A stretch of 64,000 bases of DNA, from IMG/VR virus record IMGVR_UViG_3300045988_116240. The stretch is one strand, 5' to 3'. The translations under genes and the position numbers were made by a program. This document shows positions 1 through 7,312 of the stretch, in pieces. Position 1 is the first letter of the stretch; every line of letters begins with the position of its first letter. The stretch comes from a virus. The notes beneath the pieces are model-generated. The model made no database searches, had not been told where the DNA came from, and was given only the letters and a program-made list of their open reading frames with translations.

Positions 1-244
1 AGGTGTGTTCTTTTCTTGTGTAAATGCCGGCTTCGGCTAGTTCCTCTTCAGAAAAGTTATTTTCTAGGTAATTTGCGTCAATCATATTGGATGCACTCAA
101 GACCCAATACCAATTATCGGTTATCGCTTTCAGTAAGTCCTGTTTGCTTTTTGCGTTTAACCCCATCCTGTATCCATTTTGACAAGCATTATGTTTTTTA
201 GCCCGTTCAAGCAGATCTTCTTTTAATTCCTCGAATGTCTTCAT
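1..244 (-). CDS. partial CDS (N-terminal part, runs off window start); hypothetical protein
   Basis: ATG at 244-242 directly follows the TAA of the upstream small ORF. Open to the window edge (MKTFEELKEDLLERAKKHNACQNGY...). Absent from the ORF track because it is truncated. Confidence 0.4.
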   Translation of the reverse strand, partial: MKTFEELKEDLLERAKKHNACQNGYRMGLNAKSKQDLLKAITDNWYWVLSASNMIDANYLENNFSEEELAEAGIYTRKEHT

Positions 245-405
245 TATTTTTCGTTTATTAGTTCTACAATGTCTTTTCTTATCTCTATCAATTCTTCTTT
301 GCTAAGTGTCTTTAATTCGTCTAGGATATCGTCCTTCTTGGATCGGTTAGGTCTTGAAGGGGCTTGCACCACATATAACACCCCGAAATCATTTTTCTGA
401 CTCAT
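245..405 (-). CDS. small hypothetical protein (53 aa)
   Basis: Hand-translated ORF MSQKNDFGVLYVVQAPSRPNRSKKDDILDELKTLSKEELIEIRKDIVELINEK. Its stop abuts the next ATG (TAATG). Confidence 0.3.
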
Positions 406-658
406 AAGTCATTATAACTATTTGGCGTACCACAATAAAGATTGATATGATCGCTAGGATCAAGAGGTGAATATTGAGAGGTTTTTCGTACCACTCAAAT
501 ATTGACACTATTGATATCAGCCCTAGTACGGTAGCCGCGATCATCCTTAGCGAGAAGATGGTAATGCTCTTTATGGCCCGGAATATCTTCCAGAGCCACG
601 CTTGGTTTCTCTTTATCATATATATTGTTGTTTTTAAAAATCGGAAGAAAGGCCTCAT
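389..658 (-). CDS. small membrane protein, hypothetical
   Basis: 89-aa ORF with two hydrophobic helices. The start codon sits in the 3' arm of a conserved hairpin (650-678). Confidence 0.4.
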   Translation of the reverse strand: MRPFFRFLKTTIYMIKRNQAWLWKIFRAIKSITIFSLRMIAATVLGLISIVSIFEWYEKPLNIHLLILAIISIFIVVRQIVIMTYESEK

Positions 659-732
659 ATCCTCACGGACGGAGACCTGCGTTGCACTTTAGTGAAATAA
701 TTGATTGAATAGCATCCGCTAGGGATGAAGCG

Positions 733-806
733 TGCTCCCTGCCGGGCTTGAACCGGCGACCTTCCGCTTATGAGGCGGCTTCTCTTACCTACTGAGCTAA
801 GGGAGC
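733..806 (-). tRNA. tRNA-Met/Ile2-type (anticodon CAT)
   Basis: Minus strand GCTCCCTTAGCTCAGTAGGTAAGAGAAGCCGCCTCATAAGCGGAAGGTCGCCGGTTCAAGCCCGGCAGGGAGCA folds as a canonical cloverleaf. Anticodon loop is CTCATAA, T-loop TTCAAGC. Confidence 0.85.
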
Positions 807-928
807 GTTTGCCGGGGTGGGATTCCCCGGCACAGTTTAATAATAACTAATATCTAATTGCCTGCCTCACGGCAGTATATTAAGGTCTTGGTTGAGAAGT
901 GTAAATAATTAGCAATGTGATTTAAGCG

Positions 929-997
929 TGGTAGCCGGGGGAACTCGAACCCCCTGTAACCCTGAATAATAATATGAATTTATTATGGTTCGCTACC
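929..997 (-). tRNA. atypical tRNA-like element (no D-arm; possible UCA anticodon)
   Basis: Acceptor GGTAGCG/GGCTACC plus A, and T-arm GGGGG-TTCGAGTT-CCCCC. The middle is one AT-rich 7-bp hairpin ATAATAA-ATTCATA-TTATTAT. Total 69 nt. Confidence 0.35.
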
Positions 998-1075
998 TGC
1001 CCTAGCCATTTCCTAGGGTGGGATTCTTCTTTCTTTCATTGTTATAAAACTTGGTTATTAATAGGTCTATCGGTT

Positions 1076-1591
1076 TTATTCGTTTTCTTCCTCTATTGTA
1101 TCATCCAATAACTTATCGATAGCCATGATAACCTTATCCGGCAACTTATTGGCGGTATCGTTAGACTTGAGATATTCTATAGTTCCACCTATTCCGATAA
1201 TCATCAGCATATCCCTTTTAGAGGGGATGAACAGCAGCAAAAAAATAGGGATTGATATATAGGCGGCACATTTGATAGCCATGTTCTTAAACTTGGATTC
1301 GTTTTCAAAATCATCATCAACAAACCATCCGATAATACTTATGGAAGTTAATACTCCCAAGATAAATACTGCGATTATCGCCAACGTTTGTATGGCATCT
1401 AATCTTGTGATCCAATAAATCTCATTCATGTTGTTATTATTTAAAAGTGTTCGCTCCCCCACAACCTCCAACGGTTTCGAACCCGAATCATAGACGGGTG
1501 GGGGAGTATTTATCACTAACGTAAATCCGTAGTTCTCGGATTGACCGTCTTTCCGATCTGTCGTCATATGATTGTCTGTCCAATCTGTCAT
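1076..1591 (-). CDS. membrane protein, hypothetical
   Basis: 171-aa ORF with two or three hydrophobic segments (LAIIAVFILGVLTSISIIGW, AAYISIPIFLLLFIP). Confidence 0.55.
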   Translation of the reverse strand: MTDWTDNHMTTDRKDGQSENYGFTLVINTPPPVYDSGSKPLEVVGERTLLNNNNMNEIYWITRLDAIQTLAIIAVFILGVLTSISIIGWFVDDDFENESKFKNMAIKCAAYISIPIFLLLFIPSKRDMLMIIGIGGTIEYLKSNDTANKLPDKVIMAIDKLLDDTIEEENE

Positions 1592-1896
1592 ACGTTTGGC
1601 CGTATTAACCTCCTACTATATCTTAGATACGACCCGTAGGAAAAGTCGTATTATTTAGTACGATACGGTTTTATTTGCCAACCACCGAAAGGATACCCAA
1701 ATGGGATCGTACTTATTATATATACATTATTAATTATATGTATAAATCCAATACCGGAACCGATTAAACTACATCGGGAGCAAGGACTATCGTCCTTTCC
1801 TGTATTTTCACCTTACGCTTATCCCGTTTATATCTCGTATACCTTTTGATAGCCATAAGGATTTTTCTCACTAAGTCAAAGAACTCTTTTTTTTAG

Positions 1897-1969
1897 TAGC
1901 CCCACCGGTAATCGAAACCGGAACCTTCTTCTTAGGAGGAAGACGCTCTATCCGTTGAGCTATGGGGCC
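1897..1969 (-). tRNA. tRNA-Arg (anticodon CCT)
   Basis: GGCCCCATAGCTCAACGGATAGAGCGTCTTCCTCCTAAGAAGAAGGTTCCGGTTTCGATTACCGGTGGGGCTA forms a canonical cloverleaf. Anticodon loop is CTCCTAA; pair 1-72 is G-U. Confidence 0.85.
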
Positions 1970-1975
1970 GAGGAT

Positions 1976-2284
1976 TTATCTTTTTCTCTTTTTATCCTCT
2001 TTGCTTGACATCCATCGGATGTAAATCTCATCAGTCCGACTTAGTTCTTTCAGCCTTACTGTTGGATATTCAATCTTACCGGGACGGCATATTGGGCTTA
2101 TTGCTCCCATTTTTCTCCATCTTAATACATTAGCTTTACCATAAAGAGCTTCTGCTTTCCTTTGGGAAATGTAAGCTGGATCATCTTTATCCTCTTTGGC
2201 GAAGGTGTTTATCTTTGCCGCTAAGTCACGAATGAAGTCGTGATAAGACACAGATCTATCTGGAAATGTTATCTCGGCTATCAT
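1976..2284 (-). CDS. hypothetical protein
   Basis: 102-aa ORF, coupled by an ATGA overlap to the upstream HTH gene. Confidence 0.5.
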   Translation of the reverse strand: MIAEITFPDRSVSYHDFIRDLAAKINTFAKEDKDDPAYISQRKAEALYGKANVLRWRKMGAISPICRPGKIEYPTVRLKELSRTDEIYIRWMSSKEDKKRKR

Positions 2285-2466
2285 GATGGATCACTTTTAA
2301 TTTCTACACCTCCGTAAAATTTCAAGGCTCTTCTCCTTATCAATCTGGTATTGGCCGTATCTGTCAGTCCTTTTAACGCTTGCCGGACACACACCGTAGA
2401 TAAGCCCGTGTCGTTAGCGATTTTTGTTTGAGCTCCATGTGGAACCATTATTTCGTTCTTTCTCAT
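2281..2466 (-). CDS. small HTH DNA-binding protein (Cro/excisionase-like)
   Basis: 61 aa. TKIANDTGLSTVCVRQALKG looks like a helix-turn-helix. It faces an operator-like intergenic region. Confidence 0.5.
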   Translation of the reverse strand: MRKNEIMVPHGAQTKIANDTGLSTVCVRQALKGLTDTANTRLIRRRALKFYGGVEIKSDPS

Positions 2467-2555
2467 AATGTTATGTATTTTTTATTACTATCTTTGCCGA
2501 ATAATTATAACTGTTTCTATTTCGAAACCTATTTGTGCTTCGATTTTGATACCGC

Positions 2556-2598
2556 AAATGTACATCATTTAATGTACAAAACAAACATTTTGTACATT
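2556..2598. promoter_or_regulatory. three ATGTACA / TGTACA half-palindromes in a divergent promoter region
   Basis: aaatgtacat (2556-2565), aatgtacaaa (2571-2580) and ttttgtacatt (2588-2598), between divergent genes 2466<- and ->2663. Confidence 0.4.
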
Positions 2599-2662
2599 AA
2601 AATAATTACAATATTTATGCTATAAAACATGTATTATTGTATGTGATTGATTTATAAATAGT

Positions 2663-3235
2663 TTGATAAGTATTAAAGAAAGGAGTATGAGAGATAGATT
2701 ATTATTGGCATCATGTGCATGCTCTATGTTGATGAGCATATTGGCGATCTGTGTGGCGTTTTATAGATCACCAAACTTGGGTTTTGATTATCAGGGAGTG
2801 ATTGTCGCTACATTGACTATTCTTGTGACAGTGTTGGTTGGTTATCAGGTGATGAGCGTTCTTTCTTTTGATAAGACTATGAACACCAAGTTTGATAAGT
2901 TCAAGGAAGAATATAAAAAGGAGTTGAAATTGGAGACGGTGAAGGCGAATATAGACTTGAAGACTAATATTCGCTTTGCGTTTTTCAAATATGGAGATCA
3001 AGAGGTCATTTTCCATTTGTCAGAGAAAATACCAGATCTTATAGGAGAGCTTGAAGAGAAAGATCAGGTCATATTCTTTGTCGCCGAAATAGAACGGTTA
3101 AAGAAATATATACAAGAAAATCTGAAAGACATAGATAAGAAGTATCTCATTCGTATGAAAGAGGCTTACTTACGTTACGGATATGTTCCTTGCGTCTTTG
3201 ATTTTCTAAAATACTTAGATAACGTTTGTGCATAG
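2663..3235 (+). CDS. hypothetical membrane-anchored protein
   Basis: 190-aa ORF with two N-terminal hydrophobic helices and a charged helical C-terminus. Confidence 0.5.
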   Translation: MISIKERSMRDRLLLASCACSMLMSILAICVAFYRSPNLGFDYQGVIVATLTILVTVLVGYQVMSVLSFDKTMNTKFDKFKEEYKKELKLETVKANIDLKTNIRFAFFKYGDQEVIFHLSEKIPDLIGELEEKDQVIFFVAEIERLKKYIQENLKDIDKKYLIRMKEAYLRYGYVPCVFDFLKYLDNVCA

Positions 3236-3491
3236 CGTTGAGTATTAATAGCTCAGGTTCTTCCATTTTGTCTCCGAATGGATTTATATGCTTTTCCCAA
3301 TGCTTGTAAGTCCCTTTTGAGATGGCTTTAACGCTTTCGCTAATGATATAATAGAAATGCTCGTTATAGTGGTATCTTCTATACATATCAACTAAATCAG
3401 GCTTATACGGCTTATACCGTATTCCTATTAAGGACTCAAGGAATATCCTTAAACGTGATTTGATGGGTATTTTCTTTACGTTCTCTAACAT
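3147..3491 (-). CDS. hypothetical protein
   Basis: 114-aa ORF, convergent with and overlapping the 3' end of 2663..3235. Confidence 0.4.
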   Translation of the reverse strand: MLENVKKIPIKSRLRIFLESLIGIRYKPYKPDLVDMYRRYHYNEHFYYIISESVKAISKGTYKHWEKHINPFGDKMEEPELLILNAMHKRYLSILENQRRKEHIRNVSKPLSYE

Positions 3492-3559
3492 GGTTATAGC
3501 ATCCGATATGCGGATCGGATTTAATTGATAAACGTATCACCCGCATGTGATATAAAAAC

Positions 3560-3569
3560 AAATGTACAT
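3560..3569. promoter_or_regulatory. fourth copy of the AAATGTACAT operator-like motif
   Basis: acaaatgtacat lies 15 nt upstream of the ATG of the HTH gene at 3584. It has the same 10-mer as 2556-2565. Confidence 0.35.
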
Positions 3570-3583
3570 AAAATAATTTACAT

Positions 3584-4030
3584 ATGAGTATTAATACTAG
3601 AATAAAAGAAATAGTGGATTATTATTATGGAAGAGAAAGAGGCTCTTTCCAAAAATTTGCAGATAAGCTTAATGTGTCAAGACAAGCTGTAACAAATTTA
3701 TGTACTGAAGGATCTAGTGTTGGCATGACATCTGTAATGAAAATCCTAGATGCGTTTGATCTTATTGATGCAAATTGGCTTTTACGGGAAAAAGGCAACA
3801 TGTTAAGGGTTGTAACTTCAAATGATGCGTCAGCCGTTTCTGACGAGAAAGTAAAAGATGTCGCTTATTGGAAACATGTAGCTCTTTCCATGAGTGAGGA
3901 GGTGACAGAGAAGAAAGATCGTATTAAAGAATTGGAAAGAGAACTTCAGCGATTAGGTGATGAGTTGGATCAACGTTTATTAAAGGAGGAGAGAAGGGGA
4001 GCATCCGGCAACGCTTCCAAGACTGCCTAG
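3584..4030 (+). CDS. HTH transcriptional regulator with C-terminal coiled coil (repressor candidate)
   Basis: The N-terminus FQKFADKLNVSRQAVTNLCTEG...DANWLLREKGNM has an HTH pattern common in Bacteroidota phage regulators. The C-terminus is a coiled coil. Confidence 0.65.
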   Translation: MSINTRIKEIVDYYYGRERGSFQKFADKLNVSRQAVTNLCTEGSSVGMTSVMKILDAFDLIDANWLLREKGNMLRVVTSNDASAVSDEKVKDVAYWKHVALSMSEEVTEKKDRIKELERELQRLGDELDQRLLKEERRGASGNASKTA

Positions 4031-4125
4031 GTAAAAGACATAGATCGTGTTGTATAACATGTGAAAGATCGCATCATATAGGATCGTTTTCGTGTTATAA
4101 TAAGACAATTCATCATATTAGTCTA

Positions 4126-4293
4126 ATGAAACAAAAAACAAGTTCTTTGTCGGATCTAATCCACCCGATAGAGGTATCCGCTGATGAGCAGGAAGAAGTT
4201 AAGGTTTATCCTTTTGGAAAGTTGGTCCCATATCGAAGGGTAGGGAATAAGGTGTATGTGCGTTATATAAGGAATATAGATGAACGGACATAG
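4126..4293 (+). CDS. small hypothetical protein (55 aa)
   Basis: Hand-found ORF MKQKTSSLSDLIHPIEVSADEQEEVKVYPFGKLVPYRRVGNKVYVRY..., followed by a hairpin plus T-run. Confidence 0.3.
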   Translation: MKQKTSSLSDLIHPIEVSADEQEEVKVYPFGKLVPYRRVGNKVYVRYIRNIDERT

Positions 4294-4305
4294 TTTTCTT
4301 TGAAA

Positions 4306-4330
4306 GAGGCCGTTAATGCGGTCTTTTTTT
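4306..4330 (+). terminator. hairpin + T7 run
   Basis: ggccgt-taat-gcggtc (two G-U pairs) followed by ttttttt. Confidence 0.45.
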
Positions 4331-4615
4331 ATGCTTATATATTAATATGTATGCGCGCGAGGAAACATATGGATTTTTTAGTATATTGCGAAGCGTTTGA
4401 AAATGACGGTATGTGCTGTGGTTGATTTTAACTGTTCCAATGACTTACTTTTAAGCTTTTTGGCAGTTATTGAAGTGTCAAAAATTAAACCTAAATGTTT
4501 GTATATTGTTTTACCTTTTTTGCTAAACATCTGATAATCATATATAGAATTACTGCGGCGCAAGCAGCTATAGAAGGATAGGCTGTTAAAAACTGCAAGT
4601 CTTAAATATCAATAT

Positions 4616-4664
4616 ATAAGGCTGATAGACGGGTTGAGTCTTGTTTATCAGCCTTATATTTTTA
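4616..4664 (+). terminator. 12-bp perfect hairpin + T-run
   Basis: ataaggctgata (4616-4627) pairs with tatcagccttat (4646-4657), followed by attttt. Confidence 0.55.
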
Positions 4665-4703
4665 TGTCATTATTAGCGTAAAATGATCTGAATGATATGT
4701 GAT

Positions 4704-4756
4704 GTTTACACTTTGTTTGCTATATTTGCACATGGCGTTTACACCGTGTTTACACC
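4704..4756 (+). repeat. three direct GTTTACAC(C) repeats just upstream of the integrase gene
   Basis: gtttacac at 4704-4711, gtttacacc at 4737-4745 and 4748-4756. The last two are 11 nt apart. A related gtttacat lies inside the int 5' end. Confidence 0.6.
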
Positions 4757-4784
4757 ATAAATTTAATGTATAAAGTGTTGATAT

Positions 4785-6269
4785 ATGGCAACTTTTAAGA
4801 TTTGTGTTAGAAAGCAGCGTTCTGATGGCTTCTATCCTGTTTACATCAGAGTAACCCATAACCGTAAATCCTCTTATATAAAAATGGATAAAATGGTTGA
4901 TAAAAAAGGGTTGACTCGCACGGGGGAGGTGAAAGATCCTTTTGTCGTATCCTTCTGTTCAGATGTAATCATGCGATATGTGGAGAGAGCAAACAAAGAG
5001 GATATATCGCAATGGGATGTAAAAACCCTAGTGGAATATCTGGAAAAAGCGGATGAGGATATCTGTTTTTCTGATTATGCGAGAAAGTATAAACGGGAAA
5101 TGGAAACAGTTAGAGGCATGGCCCGTAACGCCAAGAATTATGAGTTGGCCTATTGTCATCTTGAGAGATTTGCGGGAACTAGCAAGTTGATGTTTTCCCG
5201 GTTTACCACGAAATTCATAAATGACTGGATAAAAACCTTATTACCAACGGCAAGGGCGAAAGAAATGTATCCTGTTAATGTTCGCCAGATTTTTAAAGCT
5301 GCAATAAATGAGTTCAACGATTACGATAGGGGCATAATCAGGATCAAGACTAATCCTTGGCTAAAGGTAAAAATCCCCAATGCGGACACCCCCGATCACA
5401 GGGCCTTGGATGCGGACTTCGTTCGTGAGTTTTTTGCGACACCCATACCTCCGACAAAGATGATATTATCACTTCCAGAGTTGGCTAGGGATGTAGCCTT
5501 GATGGTCTTTTGCTTGGCAGGAATTAATACCGTAGACCTTTTTAGGGCAAAGAAGTCCAATTTGAAAGGCTGGACATTCTGTTATAATAGGGCTAAGACC
5601 CAAAAATTCAGAAGGGATAAGGCGTATATGGAGATTATTGTTCCGGATATTCTCCGTCCTGTCATGGAAAAATACTTTACACCGGATGATGATGAGTTTT
5701 TGTTTAATTTCCATAAGACCTATCGTGATGACGATTCTTTCAACGCAAATATGAACTCTGGATTGAAACGTATTTGCAAACATGGCGGTCTCAATGCTAT
5801 ATGTATGTATAATTTCCGGCATTCATGGGGAACCATAGCGAGAAACGATATAAAAGCCTCAATGTATGACGTGGCTTTCTGTATGAATCATTCAAGCGCT
5901 CATAAGACTACAGAGATATATGTAAGACCGGATTACTCTATAGTCTCTGAGATAAACAATAAGGTTATTGATTTTGTATTTAACCAAAAAAAGGAAGAAA
6001 TGGTATATGAGGATCCTGTGAAATATTACCCTGATGATCAGATGAAAATATCTTTTAGACAGATGATTAAAGGCAGTGTCATATATCAAGGCAAGGAGAT
6101 ATTCTCATTTACGGATATAGGATATAATAACATTGACGAAATAATAAAAAAGCTAGCGGGGCATGTCCCGTCGTTTGTTCCAGATGGAGCCAAGGTTGAT
6201 TTTAGGATAGACAATTTAGATAAAGGCGAATACCGGATATTTATGAGACAAAAAGGAAAAGGCTTTTGA
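4785..6269 (+). CDS. int: tyrosine recombinase / phage integrase
   Basis: The N-terminus KICVRKQRSDGFYPVYIRVTHNRK is an arm-binding domain typical of Bacteroidota integrases. The C-terminus NFRHSWGT...HSSAHKTTEIYV fits the His/Arg...Tyr catalytic pattern. About 100 aa of extra C-terminal tail. Confidence 0.85.
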   Translation: MATFKICVRKQRSDGFYPVYIRVTHNRKSSYIKMDKMVDKKGLTRTGEVKDPFVVSFCSDVIMRYVERANKEDISQWDVKTLVEYLEKADEDICFSDYARKYKREMETVRGMARNAKNYELAYCHLERFAGTSKLMFSRFTTKFINDWIKTLLPTARAKEMYPVNVRQIFKAAINEFNDYDRGIIRIKTNPWLKVKIPNADTPDHRALDADFVREFFATPIPPTKMILSLPELARDVALMVFCLAGINTVDLFRAKKSNLKGWTFCYNRAKTQKFRRDKAYMEIIVPDILRPVMEKYFTPDDDEFLFNFHKTYRDDDSFNANMNSGLKRICKHGGLNAICMYNFRHSWGTIARNDIKASMYDVAFCMNHSSAHKTTEIYVRPDYSIVSEINNKVIDFVFNQKKEEMVYEDPVKYYPDDQMKISFRQMIKGSVIYQGKEIFSFTDIGYNNIDEIIKKLAGHVPSFVPDGAKVDFRIDNLDKGEYRIFMRQKGKGF

Positions 6270-6298
6270 TACTTATAAGACAAATAGACCAATAAAAA

Positions 6299-6326
6299 AC
6301 GCCCGTGTCAGAAAAAACACGGGCGT
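6299..6326. terminator. bidirectional terminator hairpin between convergent int and XRE genes
   Basis: acgcccgtgt-cagaaaaa-acacgggcgt, a 10-bp perfect stem with A/T runs on both sides. Confidence 0.65.
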
Positions 6327-6358
6327 TATACTTTTGGCATGCGACAAATAGGACAATT

Positions 6359-6577
6359 TTAGAGACTGGTATCATGCCGGACAAAATCAAGCTCATAACC
6401 TAGAGCGTCTCCGATCTTTGATAACAGGTCGATGCCCGTGCTGTATTTCCCGGACTCAATCCGGGCGATATTCCCTTGGCTGATCCCTGTAAGATCAGCC
6501 AGCTTGTATTGAGATATACCGGCCTCCATGCGGAGCCGGGATATCCTTTTGCCGATTCTTTCTCTATCATTTCCCAT
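6359..6577 (-). CDS. XRE-family (Cro/CI-type) HTH regulator
   Basis: IGKRISRLRMEAGISQYKLADLTGISQGNIARIESGK is a classical HTH_3 signature. Confidence 0.8.
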   Translation of the reverse strand: MGNDRERIGKRISRLRMEAGISQYKLADLTGISQGNIARIESGKYSTGIDLLSKIGDALGYELDFVRHDTSL

Positions 6578-6590
6578 ACTGCGGATTTTT

Positions 6591-6776
6591 TCATTCTATA
6601 TCTTCTATCGCATAATCTCCAGATGCAGCAGGAGCAAGCTCATTTACAATACTGTCAATTTTTTCCGCATCTTCATCAGATATTTCGATCTGCATATTTT
6701 CATTGCAGATCATTTCTATCCCGTTATTTTCCAGAATCTCTAATAACTCGCTATTTTTGCAATATAATGTCTTCAT
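6591..6776 (-). CDS. small acidic hypothetical protein
   Basis: 61-aa ORF, 14 nt upstream of the XRE gene on the same strand. Confidence 0.4.
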   Translation of the reverse strand: MKTLYCKNSELLEILENNGIEMICNENMQIEISDEDAEKIDSIVNELAPAASGDYAIEDIE

Positions 6777-6886
6777 TTTTATTACGCCGCTTATCCGTTG
6801 CCGCCGGTTCTATTGTTATTTTGATATTGCAAATGTAATATCAAATTTGATATCATGCAAGGCTTTGGTAAATTATTTTATATGTT

Positions 6887-7117
6887 TTATGGCATATTTT
6901 CTTTCTCTTTCTCCTCCAGTACCTTTTTAAGCTGATATAGGCTCAAAATATCATACTCAAATGTCGGATTTTCCCAGTTTCTTCGGACGGAGTTTGTCTG
7001 TACAGCAATGAATTTATGGAGGTCAAATATGTATTGACACGGGCTTAGTCTGATTTCGTTAAATGTGATCTCGTAGTTGTCGAACCACTCCAAAAGTTGT
7101 TTTAGTTCCTCGTTCAT
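6887..7117 (-). CDS. hypothetical protein
   Basis: 76-aa ORF, the first gene of the leftward unit from the 7118-7312 divergent region. Confidence 0.45.
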   Translation of the reverse strand: MNEELKQLLEWFDNYEITFNEIRLSPCQYIFDLHKFIAVQTNSVRRNWENPTFEYDILSLYQLKKVLEEKEKENMP

Positions 7118-7312
7118 GGTTATACAATAAAATTTGTTCTCGCAAATATGCCAATAATGCCTATATGACCGGACCTAACTATGTACGAATGATTCGTAGA
7201 TGATAGAAAACAGTATAGAATAGTTGATTTTTTGGTGTCCGATGGGAGATAATGATCAAAGTAACAAACACGAGTCACTTTATTTATCTCTTTTGCGAGA
7301 AAACAGTAGATT

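Noticed and set aside
929-997. Genome-wide TGA (or TAG) stop-codon reassignment, prompted by the UCA tRNA-like element.
   Set aside because: All large genes in the window are intact under the standard code, including the 4754-aa, 848-aa, 788-aa and 704-aa ORFs. No chains of same-frame ORFs split by a single stop were noticed.
5469-5822. 117-aa antisense ORF inside the integrase gene, and similar antisense ORFs in terL, the capsid, portal and fibre genes.
   Set aside because: They are embedded in confidently assigned genes and have no motifs. Their lengths are in the range expected by chance at this GC content.
6400-6594. Alternate-frame ORF overlapping the XRE regulator gene, together with the plus-strand ORFs at 6476..6930.
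   Set aside because: The XRE frame has a textbook HTH_3 motif. The alternatives are low-complexity Ser/Pro/Phe-rich translations in an AT-rich region.
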